Shown here piece after piece: positions 17,461-26,339 of a stretch of 64,000 nucleotides of DNA (positions within the stretch are counted from its first letter, which is position 1; each line of letters starts with the position of its first letter). A program made the translations under genes and the position numbers. The stretch covers positions 66,588 to 130,587 of the forward strand of contig DOAO01000006.1 of the NCBI GenBank assembly GCA_003504275.1, read 5' to 3'. The DNA comes from Patescibacteria group bacterium. Lineage in GTDB: Bacteria; Patescibacteriota; Minisyncoccia; Phycocordibacterales; UBA12445. The notes beneath the pieces were generated by a model, which did not search any database, was not told the origin of the DNA, and was given only the letters and a program-made list of their open reading frames with translations.

Positions 17461-17670
17461 ATGTTTTATTATCGTGAGACAAGACCCTGCCTTTGCAAAA
17501 AATGTGGTTCTGTTGTTTATGTGAATCAGGAATGTTGCAAAAAATGTAATAAAAAAATTGATGGCAACGAAAGATTGTTTACCCCAGAAAATAAAAGAAA
17601 TTTTAATTCGCTTCCAAAAGACCCGACGCTCACAGAAGAAATAACAGAGCTTTTAAAAATGATTATTTGA
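17461..17670 (+). CDS. Small zinc-ribbon protein
   Basis: CKKCG...CKKC; AAGGAGG SD. Confidence 0.65.
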   Translation: MFYYRETRPCLCKKCGSVVYVNQECCKKCNKKIDGNERLFTPENKRNFNSLPKDPTLTEEITELLKMII

Positions 17671-17721
17671 AAATAAAGGAAGTGGATAATCTATTAAACT
17701 TTGAAGTAGGGAGGAAAATAA

Positions 17722-17934
17722 ATGTTTATAATCTTCATGAGAATAATGTACGGCATTGGTTGCCTGTTATTTTTAACAGGTATTTCAATCCAGACATATA
17801 GAGCGCTGAACGGATACATCAAATTCGAAACCAATCAAGTGGAGGTTGGTGAAAAGATAATGATAACTGGCGCACTTATTTGTTTACTGGTTATACTTAT
17901 CGCCTTACCCGGTATTTTGTTTGGGTTTGTTTAA
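17722..17934 (+). CDS. Small two-TM membrane protein
   Basis: GGAGG SD; two hydrophobic helices. Confidence 0.6.
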   Translation: MFIIFMRIMYGIGCLLFLTGISIQTYRALNGYIKFETNQVEVGEKIMITGALICLLVILIALPGILFGFV

Positions 17935-18071
17935 TGTTTTTTAAGGAGTAGGAAAAACATCATTGGTTCGGCGTCTCTCACAAGGAGGCGCCTTTTTATT
18001 TAGAAACAAACTTCCTACGGGGTAAATGGTATTGGTTTTATATCTTTCTGAAAAATTGATATACTTAATAC

Positions 18072-20225
18072 GTGAACCTGAAACGACTCGAACTATTAGG
18101 TTTTAAATCTTTTGCAAAAAAGACGGTTTTGGATTTTGAGTCTTCTATTACCTCTATTGTTGGTCCAAATGGTTCCGGTAAATCAAATGTTGCCGAGGCT
18201 TTCCGTTGGGCGCTTGGTGAACAATCTTTAAAATCGCTCAGAGGAAAAAGGGGCGAAGACCTTATTTTTAACGGATCCGCAGGACATCCAAAATTAAATC
18301 ACGCTAGTGTGGAAGTAGTTTTTGATAATAAGCAAAGACAGTTTGCACTCGATTTTGATGAGGTTGCCGTGTCTCGTCATATTTACAGAGACGGAACAAA
18401 TGAGTATTTTATAAATGGCACAAAGGTGCGATTGAAGGATGTTATCGAGCTTCTTTCCGCAGTTTCTCTCGGTGTTTCAAGTCATCATATAATCAGCCAA
18501 GGTGAGGCGGATAGAATACTTAATGCCAATATGTACGAGAGGAGAGAGATGATAGAAGATGCTCTCGGATTAAAAGTTTTTCAATATAAAAAAGAAGAAT
18601 CAGAGAAGAAGTTGGAGAAGACACGTGAGAATATAAAAGAAGTAGAATCGTTAAGGAGAGAGATTGCTCCGCACCTCAGATTTTTACGAAAACAAATTGA
18701 ACAAGTAAAGAAGGCTGAAGAGATGAGGGCTGAGCTCGTAGCAATTTACAAGGAATATTTTAAAAGAGAAGAAAATTATTTAACTCAATTTAAACAGCTT
18801 CTTATCAAGGAAAAAGGAGATCCCGAAACAAAGCTTCAGACTATAGAGACTGAAATTTCAAGACTTTCTGCTATTTTGTCATCTGCCAACACAGCTGATC
18901 CATCCAAGATATCTCGTCTCAGGGAATTGGATTCTAACATTTTTGAAATAAGAAATAAGAAGAATAACCTTGAAAGAGAGATTGGTAAGCTAGACGCGCT
19001 TATAGAGATTAAATCTGTTTCAGACGACAAAGGTAGGAATGATAGAAATATTAGGGTTAATGAAAAGGGAGAGAGGATTTGTCTTTATTGCGCACAGGTT
19101 GTTCCAAGGGTAGTAGATGAAGTCCGTGAGGATGAGCTCCGTCAGGCTAGAGAAAAAGAAGTATCTGAGATAAGAATAAGAAGAGATGAAGTAGAAAAGA
19201 TGATACATTCTCTACATGAGAGTGAGGCCCGTGTACTTGCAGAGATGGACACTGTTCGTGCCGGTATAGAATCCAAAAAAGATGAGTTCCGTGATTCAGA
19301 GAGGATGCTTTATGAACTTCGTGCTGAGAAAAGTAATTTAATGTCACTCCTTAACTCCGCCAGAACAAAGGAAGAAAAGTTTAATATGGAAGAGGGGGCT
19401 TTCAAGATGGAACAAACCGAAGCCGTTGTTCTTGCGGGAAGAGAAGCTGTAAATTTCCGCGACTTTATTATTCCAGCCGGAACAGAGAACGAGCCTCGCG
19501 TAATACAGGAAGAAAGACGACGCAAAATAGAGAGAATAAAAATAAGATTGGAAGATATGGGTAACTCCGGCGAGGATGTTTTGAAAGAATATAATGAGAC
19601 AGAAGAACGAGACAGATTCCTTGAGAAAGAAATCGCCGACTTGATGAGTAGCGCTGAAGGACTTGAAAGTCTCATGGTTGAACTTTCTGAAAAAGTTAAT
19701 ACCGAATTTAAAAAAGGAGTTGAAAAGATAAATAAGCAGTTTCAGGAATATTTCTCCCTTATGTTCGGAGGTGGTTCAGCCGAGCTTGTACTCGTTTTAC
19801 CTATGAAGAAGAAGTCAGCAGAAGAGGTTGCTCTTGGTGTATCTATTCCAGATGAAGATGAAAATAAAGAAGAAGGAGTAGACATAAATGTTAATTTGCC
19901 TAGAAAGAAAATAAAAGGACTTCAAATGCTTTCCGGAGGAGAGAGGGCGCTTACTTCTATTGCACTTTTGTTTGCCGTATCACAGGTTAACCCCCCGCCA
20001 TTCCTTATTTTGGATGAGACAGATGCAGCACTTGATGAATCAAACTCAAAGAAGTATGGAGATATGATTGAGAATTTATCAAAAATATCACAGCTTATTG
20101 TTGTGACACACAACAGAGAGACAATGTCTCGTGCGGGTATTCTTTATGGGGTGACAATGGGTGGCGATGGCGTGTCCAGGCTTCTTTCGATTAAATTTGA
20201 TGAAGCAGTGAGAATAGCAAAATAG
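18072..20225 (+). CDS. smc: Short SMC-family ATPase (no hinge; central CxxC)
   Basis: GFKSF, GPNGSGKSN, ISQG, LSGGE, ILDETDAALD, VVTH; only 717 aa. Confidence 0.9.
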   Translation: MNLKRLELLGFKSFAKKTVLDFESSITSIVGPNGSGKSNVAEAFRWALGEQSLKSLRGKRGEDLIFNGSAGHPKLNHASVEVVFDNKQRQFALDFDEVAVSRHIYRDGTNEYFINGTKVRLKDVIELLSAVSLGVSSHHIISQGEADRILNANMYERREMIEDALGLKVFQYKKEESEKKLEKTRENIKEVESLRREIAPHLRFLRKQIEQVKKAEEMRAELVAIYKEYFKREENYLTQFKQLLIKEKGDPETKLQTIETEISRLSAILSSANTADPSKISRLRELDSNIFEIRNKKNNLEREIGKLDALIEIKSVSDDKGRNDRNIRVNEKGERICLYCAQVVPRVVDEVREDELRQAREKEVSEIRIRRDEVEKMIHSLHESEARVLAEMDTVRAGIESKKDEFRDSERMLYELRAEKSNLMSLLNSARTKEEKFNMEEGAFKMEQTEAVVLAGREAVNFRDFIIPAGTENEPRVIQEERRRKIERIKIRLEDMGNSGEDVLKEYNETEERDRFLEKEIADLMSSAEGLESLMVELSEKVNTEFKKGVEKINKQFQEYFSLMFGGGSAELVLVLPMKKKSAEEVALGVSIPDEDENKEEGVDINVNLPRKKIKGLQMLSGGERALTSIALLFAVSQVNPPPFLILDETDAALDESNSKKYGDMIENLSKISQLIVVTHNRETMSRAGILYGVTMGGDGVSRLLSIKFDEAVRIAK

Positions 20226-20326
20226 AATTAAATTTGATTTGACCGCCAAAATTTTTTCTTTTAAAAAATTTAGGATGACGAAGCAGTAAAAATCGCAAAA
20301 TAATTTTTATTAATTAGTAAAAATTT

Positions 20327-20620
20327 ATGTTTAAAGTAAATGAAAGCATAATAGATAGATTGTTGAGATTAACTTTTGGAGAGATATTTTTTGTTTCGGC
20401 AGCACTTAATGGGGAAATAATTTTAACTTACACTTTTTATTTCCTGTCTTTTGCCATGGTATTAACAGCTATTACTGGACACTCTTTTGTATATCAATTT
20501 GGAAAAATAAATACCAAAGCAAAAACTCTTCCAATTTTTCATAAACTGCCATTATTGTTGTATATATGTTTGCCACTTATAATTCCTCTTGTGTTTTGGT
20601 ATGTATTAACACAAAAATAG
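20327..20620 (+). CDS. DUF2892/YgaP-like membrane protein
   Basis: NESIIDRLLR...LTAITG...Y..GKINT pattern. Confidence 0.6.
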   Translation: MFKVNESIIDRLLRLTFGEIFFVSAALNGEIILTYTFYFLSFAMVLTAITGHSFVYQFGKINTKAKTLPIFHKLPLLLYICLPLIIPLVFWYVLTQK

Positions 20621-20696
20621 TTAAAATATTAAAAACACCACACTTATCGTGTGGTGTTTTTAGTAAAGTGACCATTCAAGCAATACTTATAAATGC

Positions 20697-20826
20697 CGTC
20701 ATTGCGAAGCCGAAGGCTTGGCCGTCCACAGGTGTCGACGACGATTCCGTCGACCAATCCAGATTTATTTATGTTGAATTACTGGATTGCCACACCGAAG
20801 CTAAGACGCTTCGACTCGCAATGACG
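20697..20826. repeat. Palindromic repeat, GTCATTGCGA...TCGCAATGAC family
   Basis: 11-bp terminal IR, internal CAATCCAG/CTGGATTG; related copies at 31981, 41290 and 42502. Confidence 0.85.
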
Positions 20827-20832
20827 AGCGGA

Positions 20833-22821
20833 TTAATTAGGGATGGTATTAGGGACAAGTCTGAAGTCTATTGATCTTCTCCTTAAATTTGCAGATATAA
20901 GTTCTATTTTGATTCTGTCGCCTATTCGATATTCTTTCTTCGTTTTTTGTCCTACAAGCTTCATTCCTTTTGAGTCGGGTGCGAAGTAATCTTCCTTTAT
21001 GTCTCTTAGTGCCACCATTCCTTCGCAGAGTATTTCTTCGGCCTCTACATACATACCCCAATCGGTTACGCTTGTGATGATTCCTGTAAATATTTGTCCT
21101 ATTTTATCCATAACATATTCAACTTGTTTGAATTTTATTGATTCTCTTTCGGCGTTCATTGCGCGACGTTCCATATCCGAGCAATGATTACATAATTTTT
21201 CATATTCTTTTTTGTCTTCTATTACCATTTTACCGGATAAATGTGATTCAAGGAGGCGGTGTACCATTACATCAGGATATCTTCTTATTGGGGAGGTAAA
21301 ATGAGTGTATGAGTCATACGCGAGACCAAAATGTCCGATATTATCGGTAGAATAAACCGCCTTGGCCATTGATCTTAATATGATCCACATAATAAGAGAT
21401 CTTTCGCTTTTGCCCTCAAATGCATCAATTACAGCATTTATCTCTTGACCTGTGAGCCCAGTACCGGCCCCACGTGGCTTATATCCGAAGTTTACAAGGA
21501 CTTCTTTTAGGTCGCTTATTTTGTCGCTGTTTGGTAACTCATGATTTCTGTAGATGAAAATTTTACCTCCATCTTCTCCACGTTTGAATATTTTCTCAGC
21601 CACTTTCTTGTTGGCGAGGAGCATATATTCTTCAACTAATTTATTTGCGTCTTTTTGTTCTTTTTTATAGATTGAAATCGGTTTTCCTTTTTCGTCTAAT
21701 TTAAATTTTATTTCAGCTGAATCAAGATATATAGAGCCTTTGGCGAATCTTGTAGCTCTCATTTTTTTGGCTATTTTATCGAGAGTATGAATTTCTTTCT
21801 CATATTTATTACCCTCTCCTTCTATAACTTTTTGGACATCCTCATACGTAAATCTCTTGTCGGAATGAATAACAGTTTTTCCGAACCATTCATCTGTTAC
21901 GTGTCCGTTATTGTCTATCGTGAAAACGGCTGAGAAGGTGAGTCGGTCTTGATTTGGGAGAAGACTGCAAAGATTATTTGAAAGTATTTCTGGTAGCATT
22001 GGTATAACTCTATCTACAAGGTAGACCGAAGTGGCTCTCTTTCTCGCTTCTTTGTCTAAGGCACTTCCTGGTTTCAAATAATGTGAGACATCTGCTATGT
22101 GTATACCTATCTCAAATTTATCTCCAACAGGACGAATAGAAATAGCATCATCAAAATCTTTTGCATCCTCAGGGTCAATGGTAAATGTTGTTATATCTCT
22201 GAAATCTCGTCTACCGCTTATATCACTTTCTCTTATACCTGTTTCGTTTAAATTTTTGGCTTCAGTCGTGACCACATTTTCATGTGAGGTACGGAATCCG
22301 TGCTCTTCAGAGATCGCTTCCATTTCTGTATCGTTTTCTCCGACCTTGCCGATAACTCGGATTATTTCTCCTTTTGTTTCTTCTTTGCCATTACTCCAGT
22401 TTGTTATTTTTACAAGAACTACATCATCTTCTTTTGCCCTAAAAGTATTTTCTCCCACAATCATTATTCCGGCAGTTGGGGCCTTAAGGTCCTTCGGTGT
22501 TATCCAAAGAGAGTTTTTCTCTTCGTGTATTGTTCCTACAAATTGTTCTTTGGCACGGGTTTCAATCCGCGTAACTCGTCCTTCAAAATATTTTTCATTT
22601 TCTATTTTTACCCATGCAGTGTCTCCATGGAAGGCACCTCCCAGTTTATCTGAAGCTATAAAAATATCCTTTTTTAATCCTTCCGCCATACCAAATCCCT
22701 CTCCTTTTTTGGTTAAGGATATAGTACAAAGAAATTCTCCGTTAGTAGGGCGAAGTTCGTTGCCGGATTTTACCTTTCTTTCTTTTCCTCTTTTTTTGTT
22801 GTTTGATCTTTTTTTATTCAT
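20833..22821 (-). CDS. rnr: Ribonuclease R
   Basis: TIDPEDAKDFDDA, HIADVSHY, HFTSPIRRYPD, C-terminal S1 domain. Confidence 0.95.
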   Translation of the reverse strand: MNKKRSNNKKRGKERKVKSGNELRPTNGEFLCTISLTKKGEGFGMAEGLKKDIFIASDKLGGAFHGDTAWVKIENEKYFEGRVTRIETRAKEQFVGTIHEEKNSLWITPKDLKAPTAGIMIVGENTFRAKEDDVVLVKITNWSNGKEETKGEIIRVIGKVGENDTEMEAISEEHGFRTSHENVVTTEAKNLNETGIRESDISGRRDFRDITTFTIDPEDAKDFDDAISIRPVGDKFEIGIHIADVSHYLKPGSALDKEARKRATSVYLVDRVIPMLPEILSNNLCSLLPNQDRLTFSAVFTIDNNGHVTDEWFGKTVIHSDKRFTYEDVQKVIEGEGNKYEKEIHTLDKIAKKMRATRFAKGSIYLDSAEIKFKLDEKGKPISIYKKEQKDANKLVEEYMLLANKKVAEKIFKRGEDGGKIFIYRNHELPNSDKISDLKEVLVNFGYKPRGAGTGLTGQEINAVIDAFEGKSERSLIMWIILRSMAKAVYSTDNIGHFGLAYDSYTHFTSPIRRYPDVMVHRLLESHLSGKMVIEDKKEYEKLCNHCSDMERRAMNAERESIKFKQVEYVMDKIGQIFTGIITSVTDWGMYVEAEEILCEGMVALRDIKEDYFAPDSKGMKLVGQKTKKEYRIGDRIKIELISANLRRRSIDFRLVPNTIPN

Positions 22822-22878
22822 TGAATGTTTTTCTGGCCTGTTATATATTTATATTATATTAGCATTAAAGCAATAAAC

Positions 22879-23502
22879 ATGGATACAACCAATAAATATT
22901 CTTATTTAGCAGTATCGGTTTTAATTGTCGGACTCGCTTTTATGATGTTTGAGGGAAGGACACCCACCGCAGAAGAGCCGAAGGTAGAGATTAACACTAA
23001 TGAGGTAAAAATAGAAGATAAAACTATGTATCAAGCAACAATGAAGACAAATATGGGGGATATCGTTCTTGAGCTTTACAAAGACAAAGCTCCTGTGACA
23101 GTAGAGAATTTTGTGAAATTAGCTAACGAAGGATTCTATAATGGAACAAAATTTCACAGAGTTATTAAGGATTTTATGATCCAGGGAGGAGATCCAAACA
23201 GTAAGCTTGAGGATTGGTCTACACACGGAATGGGTGGTCCTGGATATCAATTTCAGGATGAAATAAACGACGTTAAGCTTGTCGCAGGAGTTCTTGCGAT
23301 GGCGAATTCCGGACCAAATACAAATGGAAGTCAGTTTTTTATTGTTACTGCTGAGTCTACTCCATGGTTGGATGGTAGGCACACTGCTTTCGGAAGAGTC
23401 GTTGGTGGAATGGATATTGTTAATAAAATTGAGGCTGTTAAGGTGGGTGCTAATGACCATCCGGTTGATGACGTAGTCGTTCTTGGTGTGGAAATAAAAT
23501 AA
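22879..23502 (+). CDS. Cyclophilin-type peptidyl-prolyl isomerase, membrane anchored
   Basis: FHRVIKDFMIQGGDP, AMANSGPNTNGSQFFI, WLDGRHTAFG. Confidence 0.95.
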   Translation: MDTTNKYSYLAVSVLIVGLAFMMFEGRTPTAEEPKVEINTNEVKIEDKTMYQATMKTNMGDIVLELYKDKAPVTVENFVKLANEGFYNGTKFHRVIKDFMIQGGDPNSKLEDWSTHGMGGPGYQFQDEINDVKLVAGVLAMANSGPNTNGSQFFIVTAESTPWLDGRHTAFGRVVGGMDIVNKIEAVKVGANDHPVDDVVVLGVEIK

Positions 23503-23677
23503 ATAGATTTACAACTAGCTACTTTTTAAAACACGGCTTCCGACATAAATCATTGGCCGTGTTTGCTTTTTTTAAAAAATATTGTAATATTTCTATTTGA
23601 AAAGAGTTTTTTGAAAAATATACATATTTCACGGAAGTTAACCGTAGTTAGTGTAAAGTAATAAGGAGGGGTTGTGT

Positions 23678-24928
23678 ATGAGAATTAATAATTTACCATT
23701 AATTTCCTTATTCGTTTTGGTTCTCGTTTCTTTTTCCTTGTTTTTGGGTGGTTGTGCTTATGCCGACAATGAAACCATTAATAAAAACAAATTAGCTGAA
23801 ATTACAAACGATACCACTTCTAGTTTTTTAAATGAACCCTTTGACCTAGAACTTCTTGTAGAGGTTATTGTTGTTGCTTACACGAACCATGTAAATCGTA
23901 AAAATTTTGACAAGAACAAGATAACCAAAGGTATCGTTCGTGGTTTTATGCAAAGCTTGGATAAACATTCTAATTTTCTTGATCCGGAAGAGGCGGCAAA
24001 TCGGTTAGAATCTTCATCAGGTAAAATTGATGGGGGAATTGGTATTGTTTTTAGCGCTCAAAAAAGAAGTCTTCTTGTGGATGAGGTTAATAAAGACTCT
24101 CCGGCAGAAAAAGCTGGCATCAAGGCTAGAGATAGAATAATAGCTATTGATGGTGTTTCTGTTAAAAATATTCAATTAATAGAAATAACAAAAAAGATTC
24201 GCGGTGAAATCGGAACGAATGTTGTTCTTAAAATAGTTCGCCGTGGAGAAAAAAAACCGATTGATATAACCGTCACTCGTGGAATAATAACAGTTCAGAG
24301 TGTTTCTTGTGATGTCGTAAAAAAAGAAAACAAGATTATTGGCATCATTAAAATTACTGGTTTTCGAGAAAATACATATGCTCAATTTTTGTCAGAAACT
24401 TCTAAGTTGATGGATAAAAAACCTGATTATATCATATTTGATCTTCGTGAAAATCCGGGTGGATATGTAAATAGTGTACGTGACATTATGAGTGAAATAG
24501 TGGGTCCTGGCCATGTTCTTTTTCAAGAAGAATTTTGGGATGGAAGAGTGACTAAAATATCTTCCAATCTATTGACTACAAGCAGTATATTCTATAAAGA
24601 TTCTTCTATTAACAAATTCGCTTGTCTTGTGAATGAAAATACGGCTTCTGCTGCTGAAATTATGTCGTCCGGGCTTCGCGATATTCTTGGAACAAAGATA
24701 ATTGGAGAGGCTACGTACGGTAAGGGTACTGGATGGGTTCCTATTGACCTTAAGTCTGGTAAGGGAACTTGCAATGTTACCTGTTTCAGGTGGTTGACCC
24801 CAAGGGGAAATTCTATAGAAGAGGTAGGCGTTGAACCAGATATTGAGGTTTTTATGGAGGAAGAAGATGTGTTCTTGAAAAAAGATCCGCAAATGGACGT
24901 AGCTTTTGAGGAATTGTTGAAAAAATAA
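23678..24928 (+). CDS. S41 C-terminal processing protease (CtpA/Prc-like)
   Basis: Signal sequence, PDZ (GGIGI...SPAEKAGI), DLRENPGG, TASAAEI (catalytic Ser), TYGKG (catalytic Lys). Confidence 0.92.
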   Translation: MRINNLPLISLFVLVLVSFSLFLGGCAYADNETINKNKLAEITNDTTSSFLNEPFDLELLVEVIVVAYTNHVNRKNFDKNKITKGIVRGFMQSLDKHSNFLDPEEAANRLESSSGKIDGGIGIVFSAQKRSLLVDEVNKDSPAEKAGIKARDRIIAIDGVSVKNIQLIEITKKIRGEIGTNVVLKIVRRGEKKPIDITVTRGIITVQSVSCDVVKKENKIIGIIKITGFRENTYAQFLSETSKLMDKKPDYIIFDLRENPGGYVNSVRDIMSEIVGPGHVLFQEEFWDGRVTKISSNLLTTSSIFYKDSSINKFACLVNENTASAAEIMSSGLRDILGTKIIGEATYGKGTGWVPIDLKSGKGTCNVTCFRWLTPRGNSIEEVGVEPDIEVFMEEEDVFLKKDPQMDVAFEELLKK

Positions 24929-25145
24929 TAAATTTAAGCGGCACTGACAGGTGCCGCTTTTTATATTGACCCGAACGAGAGGTGTGCTATATTTCGAAGT
25001 AGATAAGTTATTTGAAAACTCGCCCGCCAAAATTTTCGGATACAACTTATATTGCCAATAAAATTATATTTTAATCAAATATTAATACATTTTGTGGTTA
25101 AGGTTAGTTTGGTAAAAAATTTAGGAGGGTAAAGGAAGGTGTAGT

Positions 25146-25388
25146 ATGGATGAAAAGTTTAGAAAAATTTTGAGAGAAATTTTTGAGAATCCGCCCTTGA
25201 GAGAAGCTATTAGAAGAGGAAAAGAAGAAGGAGATCGTTTTCGTTCTGACCGAGAGTATCCTGGCGTATTAACAAAATGTTTGGGTGTTCCTGTCAAAAC
25301 CAAAATTGTTTCCGATGAGGTGGATGAAAAATCAGAGGTTCCAAAAATCGAAATAATAGAGACTCTGATAACCCTTAACGTCAGTTGA
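25146..25388 (+). CDS. Hypothetical protein
   Basis: 80-aa ORF with AAGGAAGG SD, downstream of a promoter. Confidence 0.55.
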   Translation: MDEKFRKILREIFENPPLREAIRRGKEEGDRFRSDREYPGVLTKCLGVPVKTKIVSDEVDEKSEVPKIEIIETLITLNVS

Positions 25389-25415
25389 TTGTGCGTTACG
25401 TCGAGGAGGCGATTT

Positions 25416-26099
25416 ATGAAAAGATTTTTGTTTGTTCTCATTCTGCTCGTTTTTTTAATGTCGGGCGGCATCGTGTTTGGTGAAAACGAACGCTTTATTT
25501 TACCGGGAGATAGACCAATCGATTCTGTGGCAGATGGAATTGCTTATATTAAAGTAAGCGATTACTTTGAATGCGGATTTTCTCGCTTTCACGATGTAGT
25601 ATCAGAAATAAAAAGGAAGAAATTAAACAGTAAGATTATTCTTGATTTTCGTGGAAGTTCCGCTGTTGATCTTAAAGGAGCCATAGAGGTAATTGAGACT
25701 TTTATTGGTCCAGGAAAAGTCGCCTATATTAAAGAGAACAAAGAAGACGGAGTCAGAGAAAAAACAATGACGGGCTATCCAAAGGAAAATATAAAGATTG
25801 GCAAAATTGTTTGTCTTGCGGACACAGATACAAATGTGCCATCAGAGATAATTGTTTTAGCCTTAAAATATCATTTGTTTAACTTTACCACTGTCGGCAA
25901 ACAGACAACCGGTAATCTTGAGTGTTACAGATACTTTCCATCAGGCATAGCAAGGTTGCCTTATGGGTTTAATTGGCTTTCTTCTTCGGGGGTTAAGATA
26001 ACCAATACCGGTATTACTCCTGCTTATGAAGTTGTAGAAGATGAGCCGGGTAGGGATTTGGCGACAGAAAAGGCAATAGAACTTTTAAATAGAGAATAG
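25416..26099 (+). CDS. Degenerate S41-peptidase-like secreted protein (no PDZ, catalytic motifs altered)
   Basis: IAYIKV, IILDFRG, TNVPSEII, TTGN, W...G..I...GITP; GAGGAGG SD. Confidence 0.7.
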   Translation: MKRFLFVLILLVFLMSGGIVFGENERFILPGDRPIDSVADGIAYIKVSDYFECGFSRFHDVVSEIKRKKLNSKIILDFRGSSAVDLKGAIEVIETFIGPGKVAYIKENKEDGVREKTMTGYPKENIKIGKIVCLADTDTNVPSEIIVLALKYHLFNFTTVGKQTTGNLECYRYFPSGIARLPYGFNWLSSSGVKITNTGITPAYEVVEDEPGRDLATEKAIELLNRE

Positions 26100-26163
26100 T
26101 TTTTATAAACGACCCATAATCATGGGCCGTTTTTCTTACTCTGTAGGAATTTTTTCCCATGAA

Positions 26164-26229
26164 TTTATTTCCTCTCAAGAAGTCTTCCCAGCCCATTTCT
26201 TTCTTTCCTTCGGGGGTTACTTTTTCGGG
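26164..26229 (-). pseudogene. Displaced duplicate of the fmt 3' end
   Basis: 62/66 identical to 28046-28111; all four differences are synonymous. Confidence 0.9.
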
Positions 26230-26339
26230 TACAAACGTATCACTTTTCTTTCGTTTGATTAATCCGTGTTGTGATTTTTAAAGAAATGTATTTTGTGGTC
26301 TGTTTTTGGTATTATTTGTTATATATTTAAATAATTACC

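Noticed and set aside
20566-20874. 102-aa ORF
   Set aside because: It spans a terminator and the palindromic repeat and overlaps both flanking genes.
22097-22876. 259-aa plus-strand ORF (and similar long antisense ORFs at 46786-47487, 45406-45942 and 30332-30790)
   Set aside because: These are antisense shadows of well-supported genes with Ser/Phe/Leu-rich composition.
26014-26196. 60-aa ORF MGWEDFLRGNK as a real gene
   Set aside because: It is the displaced fmt tail reading through a terminator into the antisense strand of the neighbouring gene.
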